Assembly: GCA_044222185.1 (NCBI GenBank)
Contig: JBGANV010000002.1
Span: 832,001-896,000 of the forward strand
Direction of reading: 5' to 3'
DNA: 64,000 nt
Source of the DNA: Planctomycetota bacterium
GTDB taxonomy: Bacteria; Planctomycetota; GCA-002687715; CAIWVZ01
The number at the start of each line of letters is the position of its first letter. Position 1 is the first letter of the stretch. A model generated the notes under the pieces. The model saw only the letters and a program-made list of their open reading frames with translations. It ran no database searches and was not told the DNA's origin. Positions 1 to 9,243 of this stretch are shown one piece after another. The position numbers were made by a program, and so were the translations under genes.

Positions 1-755
1 TCAATCGGATCTTCGTCGATGCGATCGAGTTCACCACGAGTGCCATCTCCGGGTTGCTGCAGGACCCCGACGCGTCCGTTCGGCGGCGACTCCTTCAACG
101 GATCGCCGCGTCCTCCAAGGCGTCGGAATTGCTCGAGCCGGCGCTCTCGGCCTTGCGCGACGGCGACGCTGGTGTGCGTGCCGCGGCGCTGGAGGCTCTC
201 GGCGTCGAGGCGCGTGACGGACTCCTCGTCGTCGGCGCCGCGGATGCGGGACGGCGCTGGCGCATCTTCGAGGAACTCCTGCGAGCGGAGGCGGCCGACC
301 ACCTGTCCGGGCTGACGGAGGCGCTTCGTTCCGGTGACGACGAGGGCCGCAACCGTCTCTTGCGTGCGATCGCCGCCAAGGTCGCCACGGATGGCGGCGC
401 CGCGCGCGTCCTGCTGACTCGGGCCGGGGACGCGGATCCGGGCGCCGTGTATGCGCTGCGCCTCGCCTCCCGATCCTCGCTGCCCGCGACGGCCGTACGT
501 GACGTCGTCCTGCGACAAGCGGGTTCTCCGTGCGAACTCGTCGCGCAAGAAGCCATGCGAATCCTCGGGGCGCGGGAGAGCGGAGTGGACGCGGAAGTGC
601 TGGAGCGCGGCCTTCGGCATCCCTCCAAGGCCGTGAACGTCGAGGCAGCATTGGGACTTGCGAGGCGCGGACGCAGCGACGTGAGATCCCTGCTGCAACG
701 CGAGGCGCGGGACCCTGAGTTCGCCGAAGCGATCCGCGCGGTCCTCGGGAACTGA
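1..755 (+). CDS. HEAT-repeat protein (5' partial)
   Basis: Frame is open from the window edge. Repeated LxDxDxxVRxxA units (LQDPDASVRR, LRDGDAGVRAAA, LRHPSKAVNVEAALGL). Confidence 0.75.
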   Translation, partial: NRIFVDAIEFTTSAISGLLQDPDASVRRRLLQRIAASSKASELLEPALSALRDGDAGVRAAALEALGVEARDGLLVVGAADAGRRWRIFEELLRAEAADHLSGLTEALRSGDDEGRNRLLRAIAAKVATDGGAARVLLTRAGDADPGAVYALRLASRSSLPATAVRDVVLRQAGSPCELVAQEAMRILGARESGVDAEVLERGLRHPSKAVNVEAALGLARRGRSDVRSLLQREARDPEFAEAIRAVLGN

Positions 756-888
756 ACGCGACTGCATCGCACCGCTACGTACGGTGCGGGATCTCCGCCA
801 GTGTGCGTAGGGCCGCCCGGGAATGCCGAACCTATCTTGGCGACACCGTTCGCCGGCTCGCCGTCGAACGCGCGCAAAGGAGCAAGTC

Positions 889-1497
889 ATGGGTCCGACC
901 GACGTCCTTTCCGGCGAACATCGCGTGATCGAACAGGTCCTGGGCTGTCTGCAGACGATGATCGACCGGGCGTGCAGCGGTCAGAAGCTCGACGTGGCAT
1001 CTGCGCGCGACGCCATCGCCTTCTTCCGCACGTTCGCGGACGCCTGTCACCACGCGAAGGAAGAGAATCAGCTCTTCAAAGCGCTCGAAAAGCGAGGCTT
1101 CAGCCCCCATTTCGGGCCCGTCGCGGTGATGCTCCAAGAACACGACCAGGGGCGCGCGGCGATCAAGGACATGGTCGATGCTCTCGATCGGCTGGATGCC
1201 GGCCAGCCCGGTGCCGCCGACATCTTCGTCCTCGCTGCGCGCGAGTACATCGAGCTCCTGACTCAGCACATCAGCAAGGAGGACCAGATCCTCTTCCCCA
1301 TGGCGGCCGGCGTGCTGAGCGCCGCCGAGCAGTCGGAAGTCCTCGCGGCTTTCGAGCGCGCGGAACACGACGAGCTCGGTCCCGGCACTCACGAGAAGTT
1401 CCTCGCCATCGCCGACGCCCTCGGAGCCAAGTACGACGTGAGGCGCAAGGAGAGCTGCAACCCCAAGCAGTCGGGGTGCTGCGCGCATCATCACTGA
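889..1497 (+). CDS. Hemerythrin (HHE cation-binding) domain protein
   Basis: LSGEHRVI, CHHAKEE, MLQEHDQGR and HISKEDQILFP motifs. AAGGAG RBS precedes ATG 889. Cys/His tail. Confidence 0.88.
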   Translation: MGPTDVLSGEHRVIEQVLGCLQTMIDRACSGQKLDVASARDAIAFFRTFADACHHAKEENQLFKALEKRGFSPHFGPVAVMLQEHDQGRAAIKDMVDALDRLDAGQPGAADIFVLAAREYIELLTQHISKEDQILFPMAAGVLSAAEQSEVLAAFERAEHDELGPGTHEKFLAIADALGAKYDVRRKESCNPKQSGCCAHHH

Positions 1498-1632
1498 GGT
1501 CGTCGGGTCGTGGGCGTCACGCGGTCGTCCGTGGTGCCGGAATGCCGCACCGCTTCGTGCCTCGAGCTCGAGTTCGATCGCGGTGCTGGCGCATGTCGCG
1601 AGCGCGCCGGACTCTCCGATCGTCCGGTCACA

Positions 1633-3129
1633 TCACTTCGGCCGTGACTCCGCTTCGCGCAACAGCTCTTGGGCGAAGCGGATCGGGACGCCGAAGTTGG
1701 ATCCTCCGAAGTCTCGCAGGATGGCGAAGTTCACGCCGACGACCGTTCCATCGGTGCCGAAGACCGGTCCGCCCGAGCCTCCCGACGTCGTGCCGGCGTC
1801 GTAGACGAGCTGTTTCTCCAACACCGCGTTCAAGGCGCCCTGGGTCGCGACGGGGGTGATGGCGTTCCTCCGCGCGAGATCGTGAATCATGGAGGTGAGG
1901 TCCTTCGCCGCCGCCATGACCTCCTTGGTGACCGTGGGGTCGGTCTTGGCCAGGAGGGCCGTGACGCCCGTGGGGTAGCCAAGGAGGATCACGCGCTGCC
2001 CGCGCAAGCCGCGCGGGTCCGCATCCGAGAGCGGGAGGACTGGCACGTCCTTGACGTCCGAGCGGATCACGGCGACGTCGATTTCGTCCTGGCGAAGGTG
2101 GATCGTCTTCGGATCGATCTCCGCGGGCGCCTTGCCGGGAAAGCAGATCTCGAGGCGAAGGAACACAGGCTCGAAGCCGACGCGTCGCGCGAGTTCGGCG
2201 TTGGAGTTCTCCCACCACGGTTGCACGACGTGGCGGTTCGTGACGACCCATCCCGAGTCCGAAACGAGGAACGCGCTTCCGACGTACTCGATCTCCACGC
2301 GTTCGCCGGCAGCGTCCTTGAAGAACTCTCCGCCCTTCTCCGCGGGCTGCTGGAAGGAGAACACGCCGTGAACGAACCCCACGCCGTTGGAGTATTCATC
2401 GAGGACGCGGGTCAGCGCCTGGTGACTCGCAACCAGCGAGTCGACGACCAGCGCACGGCGCGCGAACTCCGCGCGTAGCTTCTCGACGTCGGCGCGGGAT
2501 GAGGTCGTCAGCTGTGACTGCCGCCGCTCGTACTCAGCGAGTTGCTCGCGCAGCTTCAGAACCTCGGCCGCGTGCGTGACCTCCTGGTCGTGGAGGAGCT
2601 CCTCGAACTTCGAAAGCGGACGCCGGCCGCCGATCCGGCCGCCGGCGTACGCGATGGCGAATACGAGCAAGAGGACGAGGACGGGGACTCCCACCTTCAG
2701 TTGCCACGTGGCCCGCGTCAGCAAGTCGGCGATCAACCCGCGCGTCGCCGCGCGGATCCCGCTGTGACGGTGGACGAGTTGGGCGTCGTCGAGCATCTGG
2801 CGTACGGGTTTGCAGACGCTGCCGGGGCGTGAGTGAATGCGGAAGCGCGCCTGTGGCCCGTCCGTGCCGAGCTCGATGATGTCCTCCGGATTGAGGATGA
2901 CCTCTTCGATTTCCTTGCCGTTCACGAAGACGTCGCCCTCGAGGCGCCGCAGGTGGAATCGACACCCGTCTCGAAACACGCGCAGCTCGGCATGGCGTGC
3001 GGCGATCGGAGTCCCAACCGGGTAACGGACGTCGGCCGAGGCGTCGCTCCCCATGAGCAGGACGTCCCGATCATAGGTCACCGTGTCGCCGCGGAACGGA
3101 CCAGAAAGGTGAAGGAGCTGCGCTTTCAC
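1633..3129 (-). CDS. FHA-like domain + TM + coiled coil + trypsin-like serine protease
   Basis: N-terminal FHA-like fold, hydrophobic VGVPVLVLLLVFAIAY, protease motifs VVTNRHVV, DVAVI and GGSGGP. Confidence 0.85.
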   Translation of the reverse strand: MKAQLLHLSGPFRGDTVTYDRDVLLMGSDASADVRYPVGTPIAARHAELRVFRDGCRFHLRRLEGDVFVNGKEIEEVILNPEDIIELGTDGPQARFRIHSRPGSVCKPVRQMLDDAQLVHRHSGIRAATRGLIADLLTRATWQLKVGVPVLVLLLVFAIAYAGGRIGGRRPLSKFEELLHDQEVTHAAEVLKLREQLAEYERRQSQLTTSSRADVEKLRAEFARRALVVDSLVASHQALTRVLDEYSNGVGFVHGVFSFQQPAEKGGEFFKDAAGERVEIEYVGSAFLVSDSGWVVTNRHVVQPWWENSNAELARRVGFEPVFLRLEICFPGKAPAEIDPKTIHLRQDEIDVAVIRSDVKDVPVLPLSDADPRGLRGQRVILLGYPTGVTALLAKTDPTVTKEVMAAAKDLTSMIHDLARRNAITPVATQGALNAVLEKQLVYDAGTTSGGSGGPVFGTDGTVVGVNFAILRDFGGSNFGVPIRFAQELLREAESRPK

Positions 3130-3165
3130 GCGGGGATCATACTCGTCGCTGCGCGCTCGACCGCG

Positions 3166-6100
3166 TCAACCGTTCGATTCGGCGGCGTGAGCGGGCGCGC
3201 GGTCGCGGAAGCGCTTGGGCCGGAGGTCGTCGAAGAACGAGTAGGCGACCGGTGTGACGAGCAACGTGAGCAGGAGCGAGAACGTCTGCCCGCCGATGAC
3301 GACCACGGCGACGGCGCGCCGTTCCTCCGCCCCGGGCCCGGCGCCGAACGCCAACGGCAGCATGCCTGCGACGAGGGCGAAGGTCGTCATGAGGATGGGA
3401 CGCAGCCGATCCCGGTTGGCCTGGATGATGGCGTCGAAACGGCTCATGCCGCGGCTGCGGAGCGCGTTCATGTGATCGATCTGGAGGATGGCGTTCTTCT
3501 TCACGACGCCGAAGAGGACGAGGATCCCGAGCGCGGAGTAGAGGTTGAGCGTCCCGGAGACGAGGTGGAGCGAGAGCAGCGCGAACGGGATCGACAACGG
3601 CAGCGAGAGCAGGATCGTGAACGGATGGATGACGCTCTCGAACTGTGAGGCGAGGATCAGATACATGAAGACGACGGAGAGGATGAACGCCCAGATGAAC
3701 TCCTTCGAGGTGCGCTCGAGCTCGCGGCTGCGGCCCGAGACCGTCGTGGAATAGGCCGCCGGCAAGTTCATGTCGCGGACGATCCCGCGAAGGACGGCGA
3801 TCCGGTCGCCGAGCGCAAAGCCCTGCGCGACCCCTCCGCGGACGGACACCATTCGCTGTCGGTCCATGCGGTCGACTCGCGACGCGCTCTTGATCGGGGA
3901 GAGCCGCGCGATGTTGCCCACCTCGACGAGTGTTCCGCCCTTCCCCGGCAGATAGAGGTTTTCGACGATGTCCGGCCGATCGCGATCCTTGGAGAGGAGC
4001 CGCAGCTCGACGTCGTAGTCCTCGTTGGCCGCCGGGTCGCGGAAACGCGAAACCTCGTCGTCGCCGCCGACCATGATGCGCAACGCCGTTCCGATGTCGC
4101 GCGCATCGACTCCGAGGTCCGCAGCGCGCTCTCGGTCGATCTCCACCTTGACTTCGGGTTTGTTCACGCGCAGCGAGGTGTCGAGTCCGCGAAAGCCGCC
4201 GATCTCCAGCGCGCGCTTGCGGAGTTCCTCGCCGTAGGAGTTCAGCGCGCTCAGCTCGGGACCGCGCACGACGAAGTCGATGTCGAACGGGCCCCCGCCG
4301 AGGTTGATGGCCTGGAACGCGCGGATCTGGCAACGCAGGTCCTTCATCGTGCGGAGACGTCGGTCGAGCTCCGTCATGACGTCGGTTTGCGAATAGTTTC
4401 CCTCGAACGCCTTCGCGGGAGTGCCCTTGACGAGCTCCCGCCACATGCGATCGAGCGACAGGACGCGCTCCTCGTGGGGCGCGATGCGAACGTAGATCGT
4501 CCCCGTGTTGACGAGACCCAGGAACCCGCCGCCCGTCGTGCCCTGGACGAACTTCACGCCGCGCGTCTGGCGGATCATGGACTCGATGGACCGCATGGCG
4601 TCATCCATCGCGGGCAGGCTCGTCCCCTCGGGTCCGTTCACCTGGATCGTGAATTCGGCTTCGTCGACGTCTGACGGGACGAACTCCTGCTTCACCAGGT
4701 CGAACAGCGGGACCGAGCACGCGATCACCGCGATCGCGAACAGTCCAGTGAGCACGCGGAACCGGAGCGACACGCGGAGCATCCACTCGTAGGACTTGTC
4801 GATCCAGTGGTAGAAACCGCGCCGCGACGACGCCAACCCGCCCGGATGCATGGTGTCACCCGTCCTCAGGAGGCGCGCCGACATCATGGGCGTGAGCGTG
4901 AACGACACGAGAAGGCTGACGAGCACGGAGACGGCCGCCGTGATCCCGAACTGATAGAGGAATCGCCCCGAGACGCTCGACATGAACGACACGGGGACGA
5001 AGATCACGACGAGGCTCAACGTCGTCGCGAGGACGGCGAGGCCGATCTCCCGGGTCGCCTCCTTCGCCGCCTGCATGGGCGGCATGCGCTTCTCCTCGAT
5101 GAACCGGAAGATGTTCTCGAGGACGACGATGGCGTCGTCGATCACGACTCCCACCATGAGCACGAGTGCGAGCATGGTCACGCTGTTCAGCGTGAACTTG
5201 AGCGCCCACATCATCCCGAAGGTGGCGATGACGGACGTGGGAATCGCGATGGCGGCGATGAACGTCGCCCGCAGGTTGCGCATGAATGCCAGGACGACGA
5301 GGCTCGCGAGGATGCTGCCGAGCACGAGGTGCAGGCGGATCTCACCGAGCGCGTTGTAGATGTACTGGGACTGGTCCCGGATGATCTCGACGTGCACGTC
5401 GGAGGGAAGCTGGGCCTTCAGCGCTTCGAGCTTCGCCTTGCAGCCTTCGATCACCTCGACGGTGTTTGCGCCCGTCTGGCGTTGAATCTCGACGGTCACG
5501 GTCGGCACTCCGTCGAGCCGTGCGATCGAGCGCTGCTCCTTGGTGCCGTCCTCCACCGTGCCGATGTCGCGGATGCGGATCGGCACGCCGTCGATGGTCG
5601 AGATGACGACGTCTTCGAACTCTCTTGCCGACGTGAGCTTCCCCTGCGTGCGGAGGCTCTGCTCGCGGACCATTCCCGTCACGTTGCCGCCGGGAACCTC
5701 GGTGTTCTGGCGCTGGATCGCGTCGCGCACCGCCGTGATCGGCAGCTGGTACGCGACCAGCTTGTCGGAATCGACGCTGACCGTGATGGCGCGCTCGAGC
5801 CCGCCGCTGATGCGCACTTCGCCCACGCCGGTGGATCGCTCGAGTTGGATCTTGAGCACCTTGTCGGCGAGCTCGGTGAGCTCGCGGACGGATCGTGAGC
5901 CTGCGAGCGCGACGGTCAGCACGGGATCGCTGTCGTTGTTCACCTTGGCGATGACCGGCGGCCGCGCCTCCACGGGCAGGTCCCGAACGACGGTCGCCAC
6001 GCGATCGCGGACGTCCTGAGCGGCGACGTCGATGTTTCGCCCGAGGCCGAAGGTCACGAGGATGATCGAGCTGCCCGGCACGGAGATGGACCGCAACTGG

Positions 6101-6336
6101 TCGATGCCCTCGACCGTGTTGACGACCTCCTCCACGCGGTACGTGACTTCGGTCTCGACTTCCTCGGGCGCCGCGCCGGGGAGCGACGTCTGCACGCGGA
6201 CGGTCGGGAGGTCGACGGAGGGGACGCGATCGACGCCGAGGTTCACGTAGCCAGTCGTGCCGACGACGACCATCGCCAGGATGAGCATCGTCGCGAAGAC
6301 GGGGCGTTGAATGCAAAGCTCGGCGAGTTTCTGCAT
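3166..6336 (-). CDS. RND efflux permease (AcrB/HAE1 family)
   Basis: 1056 aa with RPVFATML, GVVIDDAIVVLENI, KKNAILQID and RLRPILMTT motifs. Confidence 0.96.
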   Translation of the reverse strand: MQKLAELCIQRPVFATMLILAMVVVGTTGYVNLGVDRVPSVDLPTVRVQTSLPGAAPEEVETEVTYRVEEVVNTVEGIDQLRSISVPGSSIILVTFGLGRNIDVAAQDVRDRVATVVRDLPVEARPPVIAKVNNDSDPVLTVALAGSRSVRELTELADKVLKIQLERSTGVGEVRISGGLERAITVSVDSDKLVAYQLPITAVRDAIQRQNTEVPGGNVTGMVREQSLRTQGKLTSAREFEDVVISTIDGVPIRIRDIGTVEDGTKEQRSIARLDGVPTVTVEIQRQTGANTVEVIEGCKAKLEALKAQLPSDVHVEIIRDQSQYIYNALGEIRLHLVLGSILASLVVLAFMRNLRATFIAAIAIPTSVIATFGMMWALKFTLNSVTMLALVLMVGVVIDDAIVVLENIFRFIEEKRMPPMQAAKEATREIGLAVLATTLSLVVIFVPVSFMSSVSGRFLYQFGITAAVSVLVSLLVSFTLTPMMSARLLRTGDTMHPGGLASSRRGFYHWIDKSYEWMLRVSLRFRVLTGLFAIAVIACSVPLFDLVKQEFVPSDVDEAEFTIQVNGPEGTSLPAMDDAMRSIESMIRQTRGVKFVQGTTGGGFLGLVNTGTIYVRIAPHEERVLSLDRMWRELVKGTPAKAFEGNYSQTDVMTELDRRLRTMKDLRCQIRAFQAINLGGGPFDIDFVVRGPELSALNSYGEELRKRALEIGGFRGLDTSLRVNKPEVKVEIDRERAADLGVDARDIGTALRIMVGGDDEVSRFRDPAANEDYDVELRLLSKDRDRPDIVENLYLPGKGGTLVEVGNIARLSPIKSASRVDRMDRQRMVSVRGGVAQGFALGDRIAVLRGIVRDMNLPAAYSTTVSGRSRELERTSKEFIWAFILSVVFMYLILASQFESVIHPFTILLSLPLSIPFALLSLHLVSGTLNLYSALGILVLFGVVKKNAILQIDHMNALRSRGMSRFDAIIQANRDRLRPILMTTFALVAGMLPLAFGAGPGAEERRAVAVVVIGGQTFSLLLTLLVTPVAYSFFDDLRPKRFRDRAPAHAAESNG

Positions 6337-6348
6337 GGTCGGTGCGCG

Positions 6349-7737
6349 CTATGGACGTGAGTCGGGGCGGGATTCGGTGTCGCCTCGAACGGCAAGCACG
6401 TCGGCGAGCATTCCCAGCGTGCGCAGGAGTTCCAATTCGAGGAGCCGCACGTCGTACGTCGTGCTCGAGATCTGGAGCTGCGCCGAAAGCAGCACGTCCT
6501 GCGCGACGAGCCGTTCGAGGTTCGTCGCGAGCCCGACTTTGTACGACTCGTCGGACTGTCGATAGGCGGTCTGTGCCGACGCGAGTTGAGTGTCGAGCTC
6601 GGCGAGACGGGTGCGGGCAGCCGCAAGGTCCTGCCAGACGACGTCGACCTCCAACTCGACACCGCGCCGAATGGCCGACAGAGTCTGCTCCGCCTGCCGC
6701 AACTCGGAGAGTGCCTGCCGGATGTCGTCTTCGATCAGGCCTGCAGAGAAGATGGGCGTCAGCAGCGAGACGAAGATCGACCAGTTCATGCCCGGCGGCG
6801 ACGCGTCGCGATCCACGGAGAAGGCGGCGCTGAGGTCGATCGTGGGGATGTAGCGGCCATAGGCGACGTCGACGGCGTGGCGCGCGGCACGCATGCGCGC
6901 GTCCGCGGCACGGACGTCCTGCCGCGTGGTCAGGGCGCAGAGCCGCGCCTCGTCGACCGTGTTCCATCGCGTGGCGAGGTCGACGTCTTCAGTCAACGCG
7001 AGCGAACGCACGGGCGAGGCCGTCAGGTTCTCGAGGAGGACGCGGCCGTTCGCGACGTCGTTGCGGGCGTCGATCAGCGAGACGCGCGTACGCGATGCCT
7101 GTGCGTCGTTCTGCGCGACGTCGAGCACGCGTGCCATGCCGACTTGCTGGCGCGCCTTGGCGTCACGGACACGCTCCTCCTGGAGCGAGAGCGAGTTCGT
7201 GAGCACGGTGACCAGGCGCTCCGAGCGCAGAATCCTGAAGTAGACGCGCGCCACGTCGATGAGCAGCGACTCCTGGAGGTCGAGGAGGCGGAAGCGTCCG
7301 GCCTTCACGAGATCCTCGCGGCGTTCGATCTCGGCCGTGGTGCGCGGCCCCCCGAACAGAAGTTGGTCGGCTCTGAACCCGATGTCGTGAGTTGCGTTGG
7401 CCCCGCCGGGGGCACCGGTCGGAGCCTCGGCCGCGCCGATCGACGCCCGTCCATCGATCGTGGGGAGGAACGCGGCGGCGGCGCGCTTGCGTGCGATCAG
7501 CGCTTGGACGTAGTTCTCGCCTTCGATGGCGAGGCGCTCGTTCTGGCGGTTTGCGAGGCGCAGCGCCACGAGGAGCGAGAGTGGCTGTCCCTCGGCCGGC
7601 AGGGCGACGGCGGGCGGGTCGTCGCCGTCCAGCACGCGGCGGTAGCTTGCGACGTCGGCCCCCTCGTCGATCGAGCACGCGCCGAGGGCCCAGACGGCGA
7701 CCGCCAGGGTGACGAGCGCGGACCCACGGCGGGTCAT
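6349..7737 (-). CDS. TolC-family outer membrane efflux lipoprotein
   Basis: Start MTRRGSAL with lipobox ALGAC. OEP repeats (AAAFLPTID, YGRYIPTIDL, YKVGLATNLE). ATG overlaps the upstream gene's stop. Confidence 0.9.
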   Translation of the reverse strand: MTRRGSALVTLAVAVWALGACSIDEGADVASYRRVLDGDDPPAVALPAEGQPLSLLVALRLANRQNERLAIEGENYVQALIARKRAAAAFLPTIDGRASIGAAEAPTGAPGGANATHDIGFRADQLLFGGPRTTAEIERREDLVKAGRFRLLDLQESLLIDVARVYFRILRSERLVTVLTNSLSLQEERVRDAKARQQVGMARVLDVAQNDAQASRTRVSLIDARNDVANGRVLLENLTASPVRSLALTEDVDLATRWNTVDEARLCALTTRQDVRAADARMRAARHAVDVAYGRYIPTIDLSAAFSVDRDASPPGMNWSIFVSLLTPIFSAGLIEDDIRQALSELRQAEQTLSAIRRGVELEVDVVWQDLAAARTRLAELDTQLASAQTAYRQSDESYKVGLATNLERLVAQDVLLSAQLQISSTTYDVRLLELELLRTLGMLADVLAVRGDTESRPDSRP

Positions 7738-9089
7738 CGCGGCGGGTCTCCGGGACGACTGGCCGGAAGGGAAGCCGACCCGCGAACGCGAACGGGCGTC
7801 CCGTGCGCGAGCGACTGGGCTCCGTCGGTGACGACGACGTCCGTGGCGCCGACGCCGGATCGGGCCTCGACCCAATCCCCATCGCGTTCGCCGAGGACGA
7901 CGGGTTTCTCGACGGCCTTGCCGTCGACGACCGTGTACACCTTCTGGACTCCGGCGAACGACGCGATGCTCGACGCCGGGACGAAGATCACGTTCGCGCT
8001 GGATTCGGTTTCGATCGCGGCCTTGGCGAATGCGCCGACCTTCAGCCTGCGCTCGGAGTTCTGGATGGAGATCTCGACGGTGAAGCTGCGCGTGCGGACG
8101 TCCGTCTGCGGATTGATGCGCGTCACGACGCCGATGAACGGATCGCGCCACGCCTCGACTTCGACGCGCACGCGCTGACCGAGCTTGATGCGGGCGAGAT
8201 GGCGCTCGGGCACCGGCGTGCGCAGCTTGATCGGGTCCTCGTCAAGGAGCTTGAACATCGGCGAGCCTTCACGCACGTAGTCGCCCACGCTGACCATTCG
8301 CGCCGCGATGGCGTAGCTGCGGGTTCCGCCTTCGTCGCGCCCGTCGGCGGCCGGCATGTCGCGCGCGGGAACGTTCTCCGCCGGGACGGCGGCCGTGGTG
8401 TCCGCGAGCTGTTGCTGCGACGTGCGCAGGTCGGCCTGTTTCGAATACGCCTCCGCGATCAGGGCCTTCACGTTCAGCCGTTCGACGTCGAGCGTGCTCT
8501 TCGCCACGTCGACGGTCGTCTGCAGGTCGGCGTAGTCCTGGTCGGACATGAGCGGCGGGGTCTGCTCGTGAAGTTGCTTCCCGCGCTGGAAGCGGGCTTC
8601 GGCGTTCGCTGCCTGCATCTGCGCGCGACGGACGGATGGCAGGTCGTCGAGCGTCTTGTCCATGGACGGGATCTCGGCGACCCCGAGCTTCGCCAACGTC
8701 TCGCGGAGGGCGAGCGACTTGCGGCTGATCTGCAGCTCGTAGTCCGTCGGGTCGACGCGCGCGAGGATCTTTCCGGGCCCGACCACGTCGCCGACGTCGT
8801 GGAGGACCGCCATCACGCGGCCGGGCACCTTCGCAGAGAGAGTCATCTCCTCGTCGGCGAAGAGCGTTCCGGTGACGCGCACGGCGCGTTGAAGCGGACC
8901 CGTGCGCACGGGGCCCACGGCGACTTCCGTCGGCGCGGGCTGCGCGGGGGTGGTCGAGACCGTCGTCGGCGGCGAGCACGCGGACGTGAGGAGTCCCACG
9001 GTCGCGACCGCGAGCAGGAGGGAGCGCCCCAAGAGGCGCAGGCCCGAGTCGCGACGGGTCGTTGGGGCTGTGGGGGAATTCGGCGGCAC
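7734..9089 (-). CDS. RND periplasmic adaptor (MFP) subunit
   Basis: Lipobox LLTSAC, LSAKVPGRV..DVGDVV, alpha-hairpin, GVVTRINPQTDVRTRSF. Confidence 0.92.
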   Translation of the reverse strand: MPPNSPTAPTTRRDSGLRLLGRSLLLAVATVGLLTSACSPPTTVSTTPAQPAPTEVAVGPVRTGPLQRAVRVTGTLFADEEMTLSAKVPGRVMAVLHDVGDVVGPGKILARVDPTDYELQISRKSLALRETLAKLGVAEIPSMDKTLDDLPSVRRAQMQAANAEARFQRGKQLHEQTPPLMSDQDYADLQTTVDVAKSTLDVERLNVKALIAEAYSKQADLRTSQQQLADTTAAVPAENVPARDMPAADGRDEGGTRSYAIAARMVSVGDYVREGSPMFKLLDEDPIKLRTPVPERHLARIKLGQRVRVEVEAWRDPFIGVVTRINPQTDVRTRSFTVEISIQNSERRLKVGAFAKAAIETESSANVIFVPASSIASFAGVQKVYTVVDGKAVEKPVVLGERDGDWVEARSGVGATDVVVTDGAQSLAHGTPVRVRGSASLPASRPGDPPR

Positions 9090-9243
9090 GTTTCGTTGCG
9101 GGATCCGCGCGAGCGGGACGCGCGAGACTCACGGCCGTGGTTCTATCAGCCGCGCGTCCCATACACTCATGCAACGGTGCGGCGACGCGGGCTATTGCAT
9201 CGGATGGCCGCGCCGGCATGCGACGTCTCCTCGTGCGGTCGAT

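Noticed and set aside
768-788. Hairpin CGCACCG-N7-CGGTGCG after the HEAT-repeat gene
   Set aside because: Short stem with no U-tract; expected by chance at this GC content.
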